Assembly (NCBI GenBank): GCA_000503835.1
Contig: CP006914.1
Span: 465,680-529,679, forward strand
DNA length: 64,000 nucleotides
From: a candidate division WWE3 bacterium RAAC2_WWE3_1
Lineage (GTDB): Bacteria; Patescibacteriota; WWE3; UBA101185; UBA10185
Direction of reading: 5' to 3'
The translations under genes and the position numbers were made by a program. Below are positions 9,207 to 18,610 of this stretch, piece after piece. A model generated the notes under the pieces. It was not told the origin of the DNA. It searched no databases and saw only the letters and a list, made by a program, of their open reading frames with translations. The number at the start of each line of letters is the position of its first letter. The first letter of the stretch is position 1.

Positions 9207-10208
9207 TTAAATTCCCTTGACGGCCTCCTCAATCTCCCTCATGAACACGTTCATTATTTTTATGTCCGAGATAAGTTGGGTGCGGACTTCGCGGGTATCG
9301 AAAAGCAGACCCAAAGTTCCCCCTACTACTCCGCCCTCAAGGTTACCTATCGACTTATTTTTCACGCTCAACTTAGTGGTAATTGAATTATCCAGGGGAA
9401 TAGCAAAAACTGAGCTCTTTTTAATATCGAAGAACTGGCCGGTATCCAGAGCCGTAGAGAGCAACACTTCGGTATCCCCCGGCACAATAGCGAAAGTGCC
9501 GACATTTTCAATGATTTGTGAAGTGTCCACATTAATATTCGGGTTATATTCTTTTATGAGCTGAGCTAAAAGAACGGCATTATTTTTATCGATCTTTACA
9601 TAGTAGTAGCCCGGACTGTCAAAAAGATCCAAGGCTAAAGAATATTTGAATACGGTTTCGTAGTCACGGCGGGCAAAACGGTCGCCCGTAAATACCACGG
9701 GTTTGTCGGACGTTAACTTAATCCCGGCTTTTTTAACTTTGTCTATTATGAGACCATCGAGACTTACCTGATCGTTGTAATCTCTGGTTATAAGCTGGGG
9801 GTAGATGGAGATATTGGCGAAGTACTCGTTGTTCGTTACAAAATCGATCGGAACCTGGGAAAGCACGCTGTCTTTAGTCATCACCGCACTCTCGTCTACC
9901 AGCACAGGAAAATTTCCGTCGTATTTGGAGAGAAGATCACGTACGTCTGCCATCAACTTTATATTCAGATCCTGTAAGGGGAAACTCACTATACCGGTCA
10001 TCAGTACGTCAAAATCGGCAAGCTTTACCTTGTTTTCTTTTGCGATGCCGTCAAGTACCTGTGTATAGAAAAAGTTCTCATCGCAGACGCTTGAGAAAAG
10101 TTCACGTGAGTAAGAATAGGGAAATCGCTGAAAACCAAAGGAACCGTCCTGCTTTTCCAAGGCAACACTCACACCTGAATAACCAATATAGGCAGCTAAA
10201 ACGGGCAT
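9207..10208 (-). CDS. Glutamate mutase L (GlmL)-like protein, divergent
   Basis: C-terminal GGVVGGTLGLLFDTR resembles the GG.LG.IID.R end of GlmL-like proteins; central ANISIYP and VVFTGDRF. Confidence 0.45.
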   Translation of the reverse strand: MPVLAAYIGYSGVSVALEKQDGSFGFQRFPYSYSRELFSSVCDENFFYTQVLDGIAKENKVKLADFDVLMTGIVSFPLQDLNIKLMADVRDLLSKYDGNFPVLVDESAVMTKDSVLSQVPIDFVTNNEYFANISIYPQLITRDYNDQVSLDGLIIDKVKKAGIKLTSDKPVVFTGDRFARRDYETVFKYSLALDLFDSPGYYYVKIDKNNAVLLAQLIKEYNPNINVDTSQIIENVGTFAIVPGDTEVLLSTALDTGQFFDIKKSSVFAIPLDNSITTKLSVKNKSIGNLEGGVVGGTLGLLFDTREVRTQLISDIKIMNVFMREIEEAVKGI

Positions 10209-10220
10209 GAATATATATTA

Positions 10221-10478
10221 TCAGATGGCGTGTCTGTCTGTATACTGGATTAGCCCCATGTATCTGGCTTTTTTGACTTCCTGAGCAAGCTTTCTTTGGT
10301 GCCTGGACATCAGACCCGAGTACTTTTGAGGGATAATTTTACCCCTGTCACTGATGAACCGTCTCAGCACCAGAGCCTCTTTGTAATCAGGCTTGGTTCC
10401 TGTCTGGGTGAAATAACACTCGGTATTCCTTTTCATCCTTCTTGGTTGTTTAGTTGTTGTTCTTTTTCTTAGTGCCAT
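10221..10478 (-). CDS. rpsR: 30S ribosomal protein S18
   Basis: DYKEALVLRRFISDRGKIIP...HQRKLAQEVKKAR. Confidence 0.97.
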   Translation of the reverse strand: MALRKRTTTKQPRRMKRNTECYFTQTGTKPDYKEALVLRRFISDRGKIIPQKYSGLMSRHQRKLAQEVKKARYMGLIQYTDRHAI

Positions 10479-10492
10479 ATCTTGTTAACTTC

Positions 10493-10511
10493 GCCCCCGC
10501 CGGGCGGGGGC
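10493..10511. other. GC-rich hairpin between ssb and rpsR
   Basis: GCCCCCGC-CGG-GCGGGGGC perfect 8-bp stem with no U-tract. Confidence 0.55.
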
Positions 10512-10524
10512 CTTAGTATCTTAA

Positions 10525-10980
10525 TTAATTTGAAGAATCAAGATCCCCCAGATCTATGTCATCAAGGTTGATCTCCTCCCCGGAGGCATCGCCGCCGGTG
10601 ACAAAATCCTCTTCCGTAACCTCTTCTTCGCCCTCTACTCCGTCCTTTTTAGGGCTAAGAATTATCATATCGTCTATTATAACTTCGGTTTTGTATCTTT
10701 TCTTACCGTCATCGCCGGTCCAATCTCTAGTCTGAAGTCTGCCTTCAACATAAACTTTTATACCCTTTTTAAGAAGCTGTCCGCAAATCTCGGCCAATTT
10801 ATTCCAGGCTACGATATTGTGAAAATCAACGGATTGTTTCTTTTCACCCTGCGTGACCCATTCCCTATTTGTGGCCACTACAAAACTTGCTACGGCGTTA
10901 CCCTGAGGAGTGTATCTCATCTCAGGATCTCTCGTGAGGTTACCTATGAGTATTACCTTGTTCAGGTTTCTTGATGCCAT
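10525..10980 (-). CDS. ssb: Single-stranded DNA-binding protein
   Basis: LNKVILIGNLTRDPEMRYT, VYVEGRLQTRDW, acidic tail; rpsF-ssb-rpsR order. Confidence 0.97.
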   Translation of the reverse strand: MASRNLNKVILIGNLTRDPEMRYTPQGNAVASFVVATNREWVTQGEKKQSVDFHNIVAWNKLAEICGQLLKKGIKVYVEGRLQTRDWTGDDGKKRYKTEVIIDDMIILSPKKDGVEGEEEVTEEDFVTGGDASGEEINLDDIDLGDLDSSN

Positions 10981-10993
10981 ATACCTCCAAATG

Positions 10994-11278
10994 TCAGCTC
11001 TGAGCTGTAATTAAATACCTAAACACACCGTTCATTAACTTAAGTTTGTTTTCAAATTTTTTGAGTTTTGAAGGATCAATCTCGAAGTTTATTACCTCGT
11101 AAAAACCTTCTCTTTGCTTGTTGATTTCATAAGCAAACTTTCTCTTTCCCCAAAAATTAGAGGCAGTTACTTTGCCCCCGTTAGAATCAATATTTTCCTG
11201 AACTTTGGAAGAAAGCTCTTTAGCTCCCTCTTCACCGAGTTCCAGTTTATAAATATTCATTATTTCGTATTGCTTCAT
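10994..11278 (-). CDS. rpsF: 30S ribosomal protein S6
   Basis: YEIM, WGKRKFAYEI, VFRYL. Confidence 0.95.
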   Translation of the reverse strand: MKQYEIMNIYKLELGEEGAKELSSKVQENIDSNGGKVTASNFWGKRKFAYEINKQREGFYEVINFEIDPSKLKKFENKLKLMNGVFRYLITAQS

Positions 11279-11418
11279 ATTTTTAGATAATTCCCTTAGT
11301 CAACGAGTCTATTATATACATTATGTTTTAGGTGTCTACCAAAGACGTCTAATGTAACTAGAATCATTTGAGCTTATGAATAGTACAAAAAAAGAGTCTT
11401 TTGTGCAAGGGGGTCGGT

Positions 11419-12534
11419 TCAAACGCTAAAGTTAAACTCAACCACGTCCCCGTCCCGCATCGTATAATTCTTTCCCTCGAGCCTCACCAGACCCTTCTCC
11501 CGGGCCTTTTTAAGACTCTCTAGGGGCTTTAGATCGCTGTAATTAACAATCTCGGCAGATATGAATCCGCGTTCAAAATCTGTATGTATTTTTCCTGCCG
11601 CCTGAGGTGCTTTGTCGCCCTTTGTGTAAGTCCAGGCACGTACTTCTTTCGGCCCCATAGTGAGAAAGGACTCGAGGTTAAGTAGTTCGTATCCCTCGCG
11701 GATTAAACGGTCGAGACCGGGCTCGGTTATTCCTATTTCTTTCATGTAGGACTGTCTCTCGTTTTCGTCAAATTCTGCAAGTTCCGACTCGATTTTTGCA
11801 CAAATTTCTAAACCGTCCTTACCTGATATTGTTATTTTCTGAGTATCCTGCGTGCTCAATTTTGACTCATCCGTGTTTAGTACAATTATCATTGGTTTAA
11901 GAGTTAACAAATTAAGGTCTTTTATCAAAATTTCGTCTTCTTTTTCGAGGTTTAACGCGACCGCAAGCTCTCCCCTATTCAGGGTCTCGTGCACTTTTGT
12001 TATAACCTGTAGCTTACGTCTAGAATCGGGATCTTTTGCCATTTTTAGTTCTTTTTCGAGAATCGGCATCTTTTTTTCTAAGGACTGAAGATCGGCAAGT
12101 ATTAGTTCCGTGTTTATTGTCTGTATATCTTCTTCAGGATTGGTCGCCCCTGCTCTGATGACATTTTCGTCTGTAAAGTCTCGGACAACCTGAACAATAG
12201 CATCTACACCACGGATATGACCAAGAAATTCGTTTCCGAGTCCCTCGCCCTGAGAAGCACCTTTTACCAATCCGGCAATATCATAAAATTGGACAACAGC
12301 CGGTATTATTTTTTCGGGAATCTGCCTGTCACCTGCTTTACTGCCGTAATCGTTTCTGACGAACTGAGCGAGAATATTGAGACGCGGGTCGCGGACATCC
12401 ACAATACCCGTGTTAGGCTCGATGGTGGCAAAGGGATAGTTTGCCGCAAGTGCGGCCTGACGCTTAAGCAGGGCGTTAAATAATGTTGATTTTCCAACGT
12501 TGGGGAGGCCGACTATTCCGATGGATAGTGACAT
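11419..12534 (-). CDS. ychF: Ribosome-associated ATPase YchF
   Basis: GIVGLPNVGKSTLFN, ANYPFATIEPN, DIAGLVKGASQGEGLGN, IHTDFERGFI. Confidence 0.97.
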   Translation of the reverse strand: MSLSIGIVGLPNVGKSTLFNALLKRQAALAANYPFATIEPNTGIVDVRDPRLNILAQFVRNDYGSKAGDRQIPEKIIPAVVQFYDIAGLVKGASQGEGLGNEFLGHIRGVDAIVQVVRDFTDENVIRAGATNPEEDIQTINTELILADLQSLEKKMPILEKELKMAKDPDSRRKLQVITKVHETLNRGELAVALNLEKEDEILIKDLNLLTLKPMIIVLNTDESKLSTQDTQKITISGKDGLEICAKIESELAEFDENERQSYMKEIGITEPGLDRLIREGYELLNLESFLTMGPKEVRAWTYTKGDKAPQAAGKIHTDFERGFISAEIVNYSDLKPLESLKKAREKGLVRLEGKNYTMRDGDVVEFNFSV

Positions 12535-12601
12535 ATGGGGTGATTATATAGGGATAGTGTTGGTTTGGAAATAAAGTCAGATGTAAACGTAAAAATTCGA
12601 A

Positions 12602-12687
12602 AGTTCTAATAAACACCTAAAAGTTAGGAATTTGTTAGAACTGAGGAGGTAGAATGGGGCTTGTTATAGCTTCCATTTACCTCCTCA
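12602..12687. repeat. Two abutting imperfect inverted repeats
   Basis: AGTTCTAATAAA..CCTAA-AAG-TTAGG..TTTGTTAGAACT (12602-12642) and TGAGGAGGTAGAATGG...CCATTTACCTCCTCA (12642-12687). Confidence 0.75.
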
Positions 12688-12694
12688 AGGTGTC

Positions 12695-13060
12695 TTACAT
12701 AGTTGACGATTCCTGGGCTAAGTGCAATCCACCAGAGTAACCCAGTTCAATATAACCACAAAGCAATGCGTCTACCTTGCGGGTAGCGTACTTTTCATAC
12801 TGGGGCAGTAAAAACGCCCGTTGAACTAGCTCTACAGCCGGGCCGATGGCCGATTTGATCCAGCTAATTGAAGCGCCTGATTCTTCCCCCAAAATGATGT
12901 GAGGGAACCGACGCCCACCGTAATCCAACCCCACCGCCCATATTTCTCTTTCCCCATCAAAACTTCTGCGGGAAAGGACACATAGGTCCCCGATGGACAG
13001 ACCAAGTGCCTTGCACAACGGGTTCAAAAAAGCGGGACGGAAAATCTTAATTGTGTTCAT
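12695..13060 (-). CDS. Hypothetical protein (ORFan)
   Basis: ORF with AGGAGG SD before ATG at 13060; no family recognised. Confidence 0.6.
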   Translation of the reverse strand: MNTIKIFRPAFLNPLCKALGLSIGDLCVLSRRSFDGEREIWAVGLDYGGRRFPHIILGEESGASISWIKSAIGPAVELVQRAFLLPQYEKYATRKVDALLCGYIELGYSGGLHLAQESSTM

Positions 13061-13276
13061 GGCACCTCCTGCCATGGTTGGTTTTCTCTGTTACTTGCCT
13101 ATTATTTGAGGTCAAGTGTCCGAAAGCCGTGCAAACTCAATATCCAAGCGGATTAACGACCTGAGTCAAAGTAGCCGTCCATGTTGTTAAACAAGGAAAA
13201 CAACCCAATTCCTAGCGCGCTGAGCTGATTTCTGAGCTTAACCAACGATCAACTTGCCAACTCAACTAACATGTGC

Positions 13277-13305
13277 ATTATACCCCATAGTGTGCGAAGG
13301 GTCAA
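13277..13305 (-). promoter_or_regulatory. Sigma70-type promoter
   Basis: TTGACC-17 nt-TATAAT on the minus strand. Confidence 0.65.
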
Positions 13306-13341
13306 ATTGCGGGGTTGATTATTACATCCTGCTCGATCCAT

Positions 13342-13390
13342 AAAAAATCCCCCGTCAAAAAACTTAGTATAAGTCTTTTTGCGGGGGTTT
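13342..13390 (-). terminator. Intrinsic terminator-like hairpin after the 13418 ORF
   Basis: CCCCCGCAAAAAGAC...GTTTTTTGACGGGGG followed by ATTTTTT on the minus strand. Confidence 0.65.
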
Positions 13391-13417
13391 GTTCCGGAGT
13401 TCTGATCAGAATTTAAG

Positions 13418-13699
13418 TCACAGTCTGGTCAGAATGGGGCGCAAATCAATCTGAGAAAGGCGGGCGTCTTCTTTTTTGAGTTCGTTTATTTTGCTCAAAA
13501 ACGCGGATACGGAAATAGGCTCAAGTGGTGGTATTTCATTGTCAAACATACTTTTATAAACCACATTGGCCTCTTCGAGTGTTTCAAAAACCCCAATAAT
13601 GGGTGTTTCCCAACTCGGAACCGTGAGTAAAACTACCCTGCTCCTGCGTACGTCTGCCTGAACAAGGTAGGCCACTACGTAATATGGGGCGGTCATCAA
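13418..13699 (-). CDS. Hypothetical protein (ORFan)
   Basis: AAAAGGAGAG RBS, downstream terminator, IIGVFETLEEA motif. Confidence 0.65.
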   Translation of the reverse strand: MMTAPYYVVAYLVQADVRRSRVVLLTVPSWETPIIGVFETLEEANVVYKSMFDNEIPPLEPISVSAFLSKINELKKEDARLSQIDLRPILTRL

Positions 13700-13729
13700 T
13701 CTCTCCTTTTATCCTATAGTGAATGCTGA

Positions 13730-14461
13730 TTATATCCCATCCGGACCCTGATGTAAACGGTCATCCTTGTACGCTGCCACCATGTCCCTAATGGCCCTTA
13801 CAATCTTGTCCTGATAATAAACCCCGCCCAGAACAGCGTTATTTAGGGTTTCGGGATCCAGTTTCAGAACTCTCGGGCCGCCATTTCTTTCTTTATCGAA
13901 TTTCTCCGCCAATGCTTTAGAATCATTAGAAGTAGTCAAATCTACCAATAACCACTCTTTGCCCCAGGAAAGTGCAAAATCTCCTTCGCCGTTCCAATCC
14001 CGCAGAGCATTTACACGTGCGACGTAGATCCTTCCCGGGAGCTGTACTTCTCTCTCGTGGTTCTCCCAATCGACTATCGTGACAACCGGAATTTTCATGA
14101 AGTATTCCAGTAGTTTTTCCTCTTCCTTATGCCCAAACTCCCTTCGCCACTCGCTCAGCTTTTTTTCGGTGGGACCGGTGCTTTCACTTATTTCTCTTTT
14201 CACTCTTTTCTCTTCTTCATTTTCCGACTGCAACTTCTCTGCCCTGTCTTTCGCCTTTTTCGCTGACTGTCTTCGGCGGTTTTCCTGGTCGGCAACTAGA
14301 GAATGCATAAGCTGAACCGGATCGGACCCGCGAACCGGGTTATCGGAAACGATGGAAGTTACTTTTTCAGGTTCGGTTCTTTCACTATCATCGGGCACCG
14401 CAACAGTACCGGATGTTTCATCATCTGAACTCCTGCTATCAGATTCGTTTTCCATCTCCAT
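13730..14461 (-). CDS. Hypothetical protein: acidic/coiled-coil N-terminus, possible PD-(D/E)xK-like C-terminus
   Basis: Low-complexity acidic start, charged helix, then DWNGEGDFAL...LLVDLT. Confidence 0.6.
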   Translation of the reverse strand: MEMENESDSRSSDDETSGTVAVPDDSERTEPEKVTSIVSDNPVRGSDPVQLMHSLVADQENRRRQSAKKAKDRAEKLQSENEEEKRVKREISESTGPTEKKLSEWRREFGHKEEEKLLEYFMKIPVVTIVDWENHEREVQLPGRIYVARVNALRDWNGEGDFALSWGKEWLLVDLTTSNDSKALAEKFDKERNGGPRVLKLDPETLNNAVLGGVYYQDKIVRAIRDMVAAYKDDRLHQGPDGI

Positions 14462-14551
14462 GTAAAAAGATTAAACCAACCAACGGCAATGCACAACACG
14501 TAACGGACAAATCATTGCACCATAAACCGCCCTAAACTATCATATATACAG

Positions 14552-16486
14552 ATGAATCCAAAGAAGTCTGCCCTAGTTACAATAGTTGTACCGTTCCTCT
14601 TTACCCTTTTACTACAGCAGGCAACGCACGCCGGTAACACCCCTCCATTTACAACGCTGACCAAAACACCGTCGACACCAAACGGAAGAGACGACTGGTA
14701 TCTCACACCGGTAAATATACTTTTGGCTTCAACCGATCTGGAAAGCGGAGTTGCCTCAATAAATTATAAAGTGGACTCGGGAAACTGGGTAACGGTCACA
14801 CAGTCCGATACATTGAACCTCGCTCCTAACCCCTCGTTCGAGACCGCACATGCGGGATCTTCTATAAACACACTTTCATGGGAGGCAGGTTTGCAGGACG
14901 GCCAGGCGGTATATAGCAGAAACACACTTAACTACGTTCTCGGTACTACATCAATAAAGATCAACTCAACCGGTGCCGGCTGGCACTCAATCAATCACGC
15001 TGTCAGCTATGCGGTAGCTAACCCCCTCAGCAACATGAGCGCCGAAGTTTGGCTCAAAACAGAATCCGCCGCCGGCAGTGCTTATTTCAAGATCTTCGCG
15101 GTGTCAAAAGATGTTAACGATAACTTCGTTTATACCGAAATTGCCCAAAGCGGTTCTATAAATGGGACCACGACCTGGACAAAGGTCAGCGAAAATTTCG
15201 TTGTAAGTGTGTCCGACGCAATAGGGGTTTACATGGAAGTCGGACTTTTAGGTACCGGGGTTTTGTACATAGACGGGGTCTCAATAAACAACTCGGCAAA
15301 ATCCGCTGATACCTCGTTCACGGTATCCACGGACGGCAATCATACTGTCTCCTATTATGCCACCGACCGTTCCGGAAACATCGAAACTACCAAATCTACC
15401 ACATTTAAAATAGATCAGACTCCGCCCACTAACTGGCGTAACTCCAACGCTTACAGAGGACTCCTCGGGCCAAGCGACCACCACCTTTATGTAACGACCG
15501 TGGTTGATGACCCAACATCCGGTCTTTCCACGCTCACCGATAAGTTTCAGTACCATACGGATAGAAACCCTGGATTTGGTAGTTTTTCCGACCTGATGCA
15601 GTGCTCCAGCACCTGGCAACCCGATACATGGGCGCCTCTTATGTCCCCTCCATTTTCGCCCGGAGCCACAACTGCCCTTCTATTAACACCCAAAACCGAT
15701 TTCTGCGACAGTAATTGGAAAATTTGTAAGACGGTGAGGTTCTATGCCGAGGATGTGGCGGGAAATTCCTCCACCAAAGATCTGTGCATCAATGGACCGT
15801 GGATCAAACTTCGGGGCGGCGGGTTAGCCGGAAGCAGATTGGGTATAAATATGCTGTCCGAATCAAGCGATAAAAATACCGACAGCGTTATTGAGGCCGG
15901 TAATGCCGAAGTAAGTTTCTTTACCAGCACCAAAGGCTGGGTCGTGAAAAACAGCACCGGAGCAAAAGATTATTCCTACACCGAGCTTTTGGAGGCAGTA
16001 AACCCGTCGCCTACCGAGATATTCAGCGTTCTTCCGACCGCCGATGGTGTCTATATAAAAAACGGCAACTTTACGATAAATCCTACCAGTGTTCCCAACG
16101 GTTATGGCACTTCCACATTCAAACAGGTCGTCTTTATAAACGGCAACTTAAGGTTCGATAAGGAGATTGTGCTGGCATCGACCTCGGCCGTATTGTTTGT
16201 AGTATCCGGAAATGTGGAAATCAGAAAGACGGTTAGTGAAATAACCTCCGCCATTTATTCGGACGGCACCTTTTACACCGCGTACGACACCAACGAGGGT
16301 GACCAAACCGGAACCTTAAGATTGAAGGGAGTTTTTGTGGCTGATAAATTTATCTTCCAAAGAACCTTGCAGGGAACCGATAATGTTGAGGACCCGTCTG
16401 AAGATTTCACATACGAACCGAGGTTCGGCAACCTACTGAGAGGGTATATAGGGGTAAACGCCGTAAGATGGCTGAAAACAGACTAA
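14552..16486 (+). CDS. Large secreted protein (Ig-like and carbohydrate-binding-like domains, beta-helix-like C-terminus)
   Basis: Signal peptide ending THA, PNGRDDWY...ASTDLESGV, LAPNPSFE CBM-like start, DGNHTVSYYATDRSGNIE Ig-like, C-terminal FINGNL/VSGNVEI/LRLKGVF/YEP. Confidence 0.8.
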   Translation: MNPKKSALVTIVVPFLFTLLLQQATHAGNTPPFTTLTKTPSTPNGRDDWYLTPVNILLASTDLESGVASINYKVDSGNWVTVTQSDTLNLAPNPSFETAHAGSSINTLSWEAGLQDGQAVYSRNTLNYVLGTTSIKINSTGAGWHSINHAVSYAVANPLSNMSAEVWLKTESAAGSAYFKIFAVSKDVNDNFVYTEIAQSGSINGTTTWTKVSENFVVSVSDAIGVYMEVGLLGTGVLYIDGVSINNSAKSADTSFTVSTDGNHTVSYYATDRSGNIETTKSTTFKIDQTPPTNWRNSNAYRGLLGPSDHHLYVTTVVDDPTSGLSTLTDKFQYHTDRNPGFGSFSDLMQCSSTWQPDTWAPLMSPPFSPGATTALLLTPKTDFCDSNWKICKTVRFYAEDVAGNSSTKDLCINGPWIKLRGGGLAGSRLGINMLSESSDKNTDSVIEAGNAEVSFFTSTKGWVVKNSTGAKDYSYTELLEAVNPSPTEIFSVLPTADGVYIKNGNFTINPTSVPNGYGTSTFKQVVFINGNLRFDKEIVLASTSAVLFVVSGNVEIRKTVSEITSAIYSDGTFYTAYDTNEGDQTGTLRLKGVFVADKFIFQRTLQGTDNVEDPSEDFTYEPRFGNLLRGYIGVNAVRWLKTD

Positions 16487-16504
16487 TCAAGTGCGGCCGA
16501 ACGT

Positions 16505-17893
16505 TTACATCTTCCTCTTGATCTTAAACTTGCCGTCCGGAAGGTCCTCAACCTCATATCCCATTTCCAGAATCTGTTTTCTCGCCAGGTCGGCCTTGTC
16601 CCATATTCCTGCCTTCCTGTATTCGGACCTCATTTTTGCCACGTCCAACACTTTCTGAGGAGTATCATACGCCAGATGTTCCTCGATCTTTAAACCTAAT
16701 ACCGAATCCATCTTTAACAAGGTAGCAAGTTTTTCGGGTTCTTCCATTTCGGATTTTATCATCTCCCAAACTACCGCGAGAGCTTCCGGCAGGTTCAGAT
16801 CGTCGTTTATTTTATCGCCGAATTTCCTGATGAACTCTTTCGAAGGTTTGACCGAACTATCCTTTTTATATCCACGGGCGAGCTCGTAAAGCCTCCTCAG
16901 CGCATTTTGCGCACTTTGCAAAGCATCCCAGGTAAAGTTCAATTTACTTCTATACTGAGATGTCATAAAAAAGTATCGCAGAACCATCGGATCAAAACCC
17001 TTCTTCTCAATATCGGTAAGAGTGTACGCATTACCTAAGCTCTTTCCCATCCTTCCCCCGTCGACCATCATATGAGCTCCGTGGATCCAATATCTGACAA
17101 ATTTCTTTCCCGTTGCGGATTCACTTTGGGCAATCTCGTTCTGGTGATGTGTCATCCTGAGATCTTCTCCGCCGACGTGGATGTCCAGAGTATTTCCCAG
17201 CTCGGCCAGGGACATAGCCGAACACTCCAGGTGCCAACCGGGAAACCCGATCCCCCAGGGCGAAGCCCATTCCTGCGAACGTTTGACATTTGTTGGCGAT
17301 AATTTCCATAACGCGAAATCGGTAGGATGTTTTTTCTCGGGGTTGACTTCTACTCGGGCCCCTTCCATAACGTTGTCCGTTGTATATCCGGAAAGTTGTC
17401 CGTAACTTTCAAATTTTGACGTATCGAAGTAAACGCCGTCCGACGTCGTGTAGGTAAAGCCCTTTTCTTCAAGGATTTTTACCAAACGTATTTGCTCTTC
17501 AATATACTCTGTCGCGCGGGTAAATTTCTCGGGGCGGATAAAATTCATTTTATCGTAGTCCTGGATAAACTTTTGGGCATAAAAATTAGCTATCTCTATC
17601 GCTGTTCGTCCTTCTTTGGCAACAGACTTTTCCATGCGATCCTCGCCGGTGTCGGCATCTCCTAAATTATCGCCGGTCATGTGACCTACATCCGTCAGGT
17701 TCATAATAAATTTCACACGATTTCCGTTGAACAATAAAATCCTATTTATAAAATCTGAGAGTGTGTATGTCCTAAAATTACCTATATGGGCATAGTCATA
17801 AACGGTCGGACCGCACGCATACATAGTAACCAATTCGGTATTTAACGGACTGAAATCTTCGACTTTTCTCGTAAGCGAGTTGTATAACTTCAT
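16505..17893 (-). CDS. cysS: Cysteine--tRNA ligase
   Basis: MYACGPTVYDYAHIGN, GFPGWHLECSAM, HHQNE, RMGKS (KMSKS-like). Confidence 0.97.
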   Translation of the reverse strand: MKLYNSLTRKVEDFSPLNTELVTMYACGPTVYDYAHIGNFRTYTLSDFINRILLFNGNRVKFIMNLTDVGHMTGDNLGDADTGEDRMEKSVAKEGRTAIEIANFYAQKFIQDYDKMNFIRPEKFTRATEYIEEQIRLVKILEEKGFTYTTSDGVYFDTSKFESYGQLSGYTTDNVMEGARVEVNPEKKHPTDFALWKLSPTNVKRSQEWASPWGIGFPGWHLECSAMSLAELGNTLDIHVGGEDLRMTHHQNEIAQSESATGKKFVRYWIHGAHMMVDGGRMGKSLGNAYTLTDIEKKGFDPMVLRYFFMTSQYRSKLNFTWDALQSAQNALRRLYELARGYKKDSSVKPSKEFIRKFGDKINDDLNLPEALAVVWEMIKSEMEEPEKLATLLKMDSVLGLKIEEHLAYDTPQKVLDVAKMRSEYRKAGIWDKADLARKQILEMGYEVEDLPDGKFKIKRKM

Positions 17894-17950
17894 TGCTTCG
17901 ATTTTAACATAACCCTGCAAAAAGAAATATCTGCCTAAAGAAAAAGGAAA

Positions 17951-18598
17951 TTATTTGATCTCAAAACGGCCTTCGAGTGCCCTGCCTAAGGTGATGTCGT
18001 CCGCGTACTCTACGTCGCCGCCGACCGGAAGGCCTCTTGCGATGCGGCTTATCTTCACCCTGCTGCCGTCCAGGCCCCGTTCTCTTAACATTTTGGATAT
18101 ATACATAGCCGTAGACTCCCCTTCCATGCTCATATTGGTTGCTATAATAATTTCGATTATTTCCGGATCGTTGATATTTTCAAAAGACACCTCACCTGAT
18201 AATGCCGCGACCCTATCGATAAGTTCTTTTATAAAAATTTCTTCCGGGCCGATATTATTAAGAGGATCTATAATGCCGTGCAGTACGTGGTAAGTTCCCT
18301 TGAATCCGGTTCGTTCCAGGGCAAAAGAATCGAGAGGGTTCGCCACTACAACTATTGTTCTTTTGTCACGCCCGGGATCGCCACATACTGAACAAATGTC
18401 AGTCTCCGACACGTTCCTACATATTGAGCATAGTTTGGTGTTCTTTTTCAACCCTTCCAACGCTTCGGCAAAAACCTCAATTTCTTCCTGAGGGAAATGC
18501 AAAAGATAAAATGTCAGCCTTTGAGCAGTTTTGGGACCTATTCCCGGAAGTCTTTCGAAAGATTCTATTAGTCTGGTTAAAGATCTGGGTAATTTCAC
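17951..18598 (-). CDS. recR: Recombination mediator RecR
   Basis: LPGIGPKTAQRL, C4 zinc finger, YHVLHG, SRIARGLPVGGDVEYAD. Confidence 0.97.
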   Translation of the reverse strand: MKLPRSLTRLIESFERLPGIGPKTAQRLTFYLLHFPQEEIEVFAEALEGLKKNTKLCSICRNVSETDICSVCGDPGRDKRTIVVVANPLDSFALERTGFKGTYHVLHGIIDPLNNIGPEEIFIKELIDRVAALSGEVSFENINDPEIIEIIIATNMSMEGESTAMYISKMLRERGLDGSRVKISRIARGLPVGGDVEYADDITLGRALEGRFEIK

Positions 18599-18610
18599 CT
18601 GAATATTCTA

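Noticed and set aside
12602-12642. Integron attC site
   Set aside because: Only 41 bp, the core sites do not fit RYYYAAC/GTTRRRY, and no integrase is in the window.
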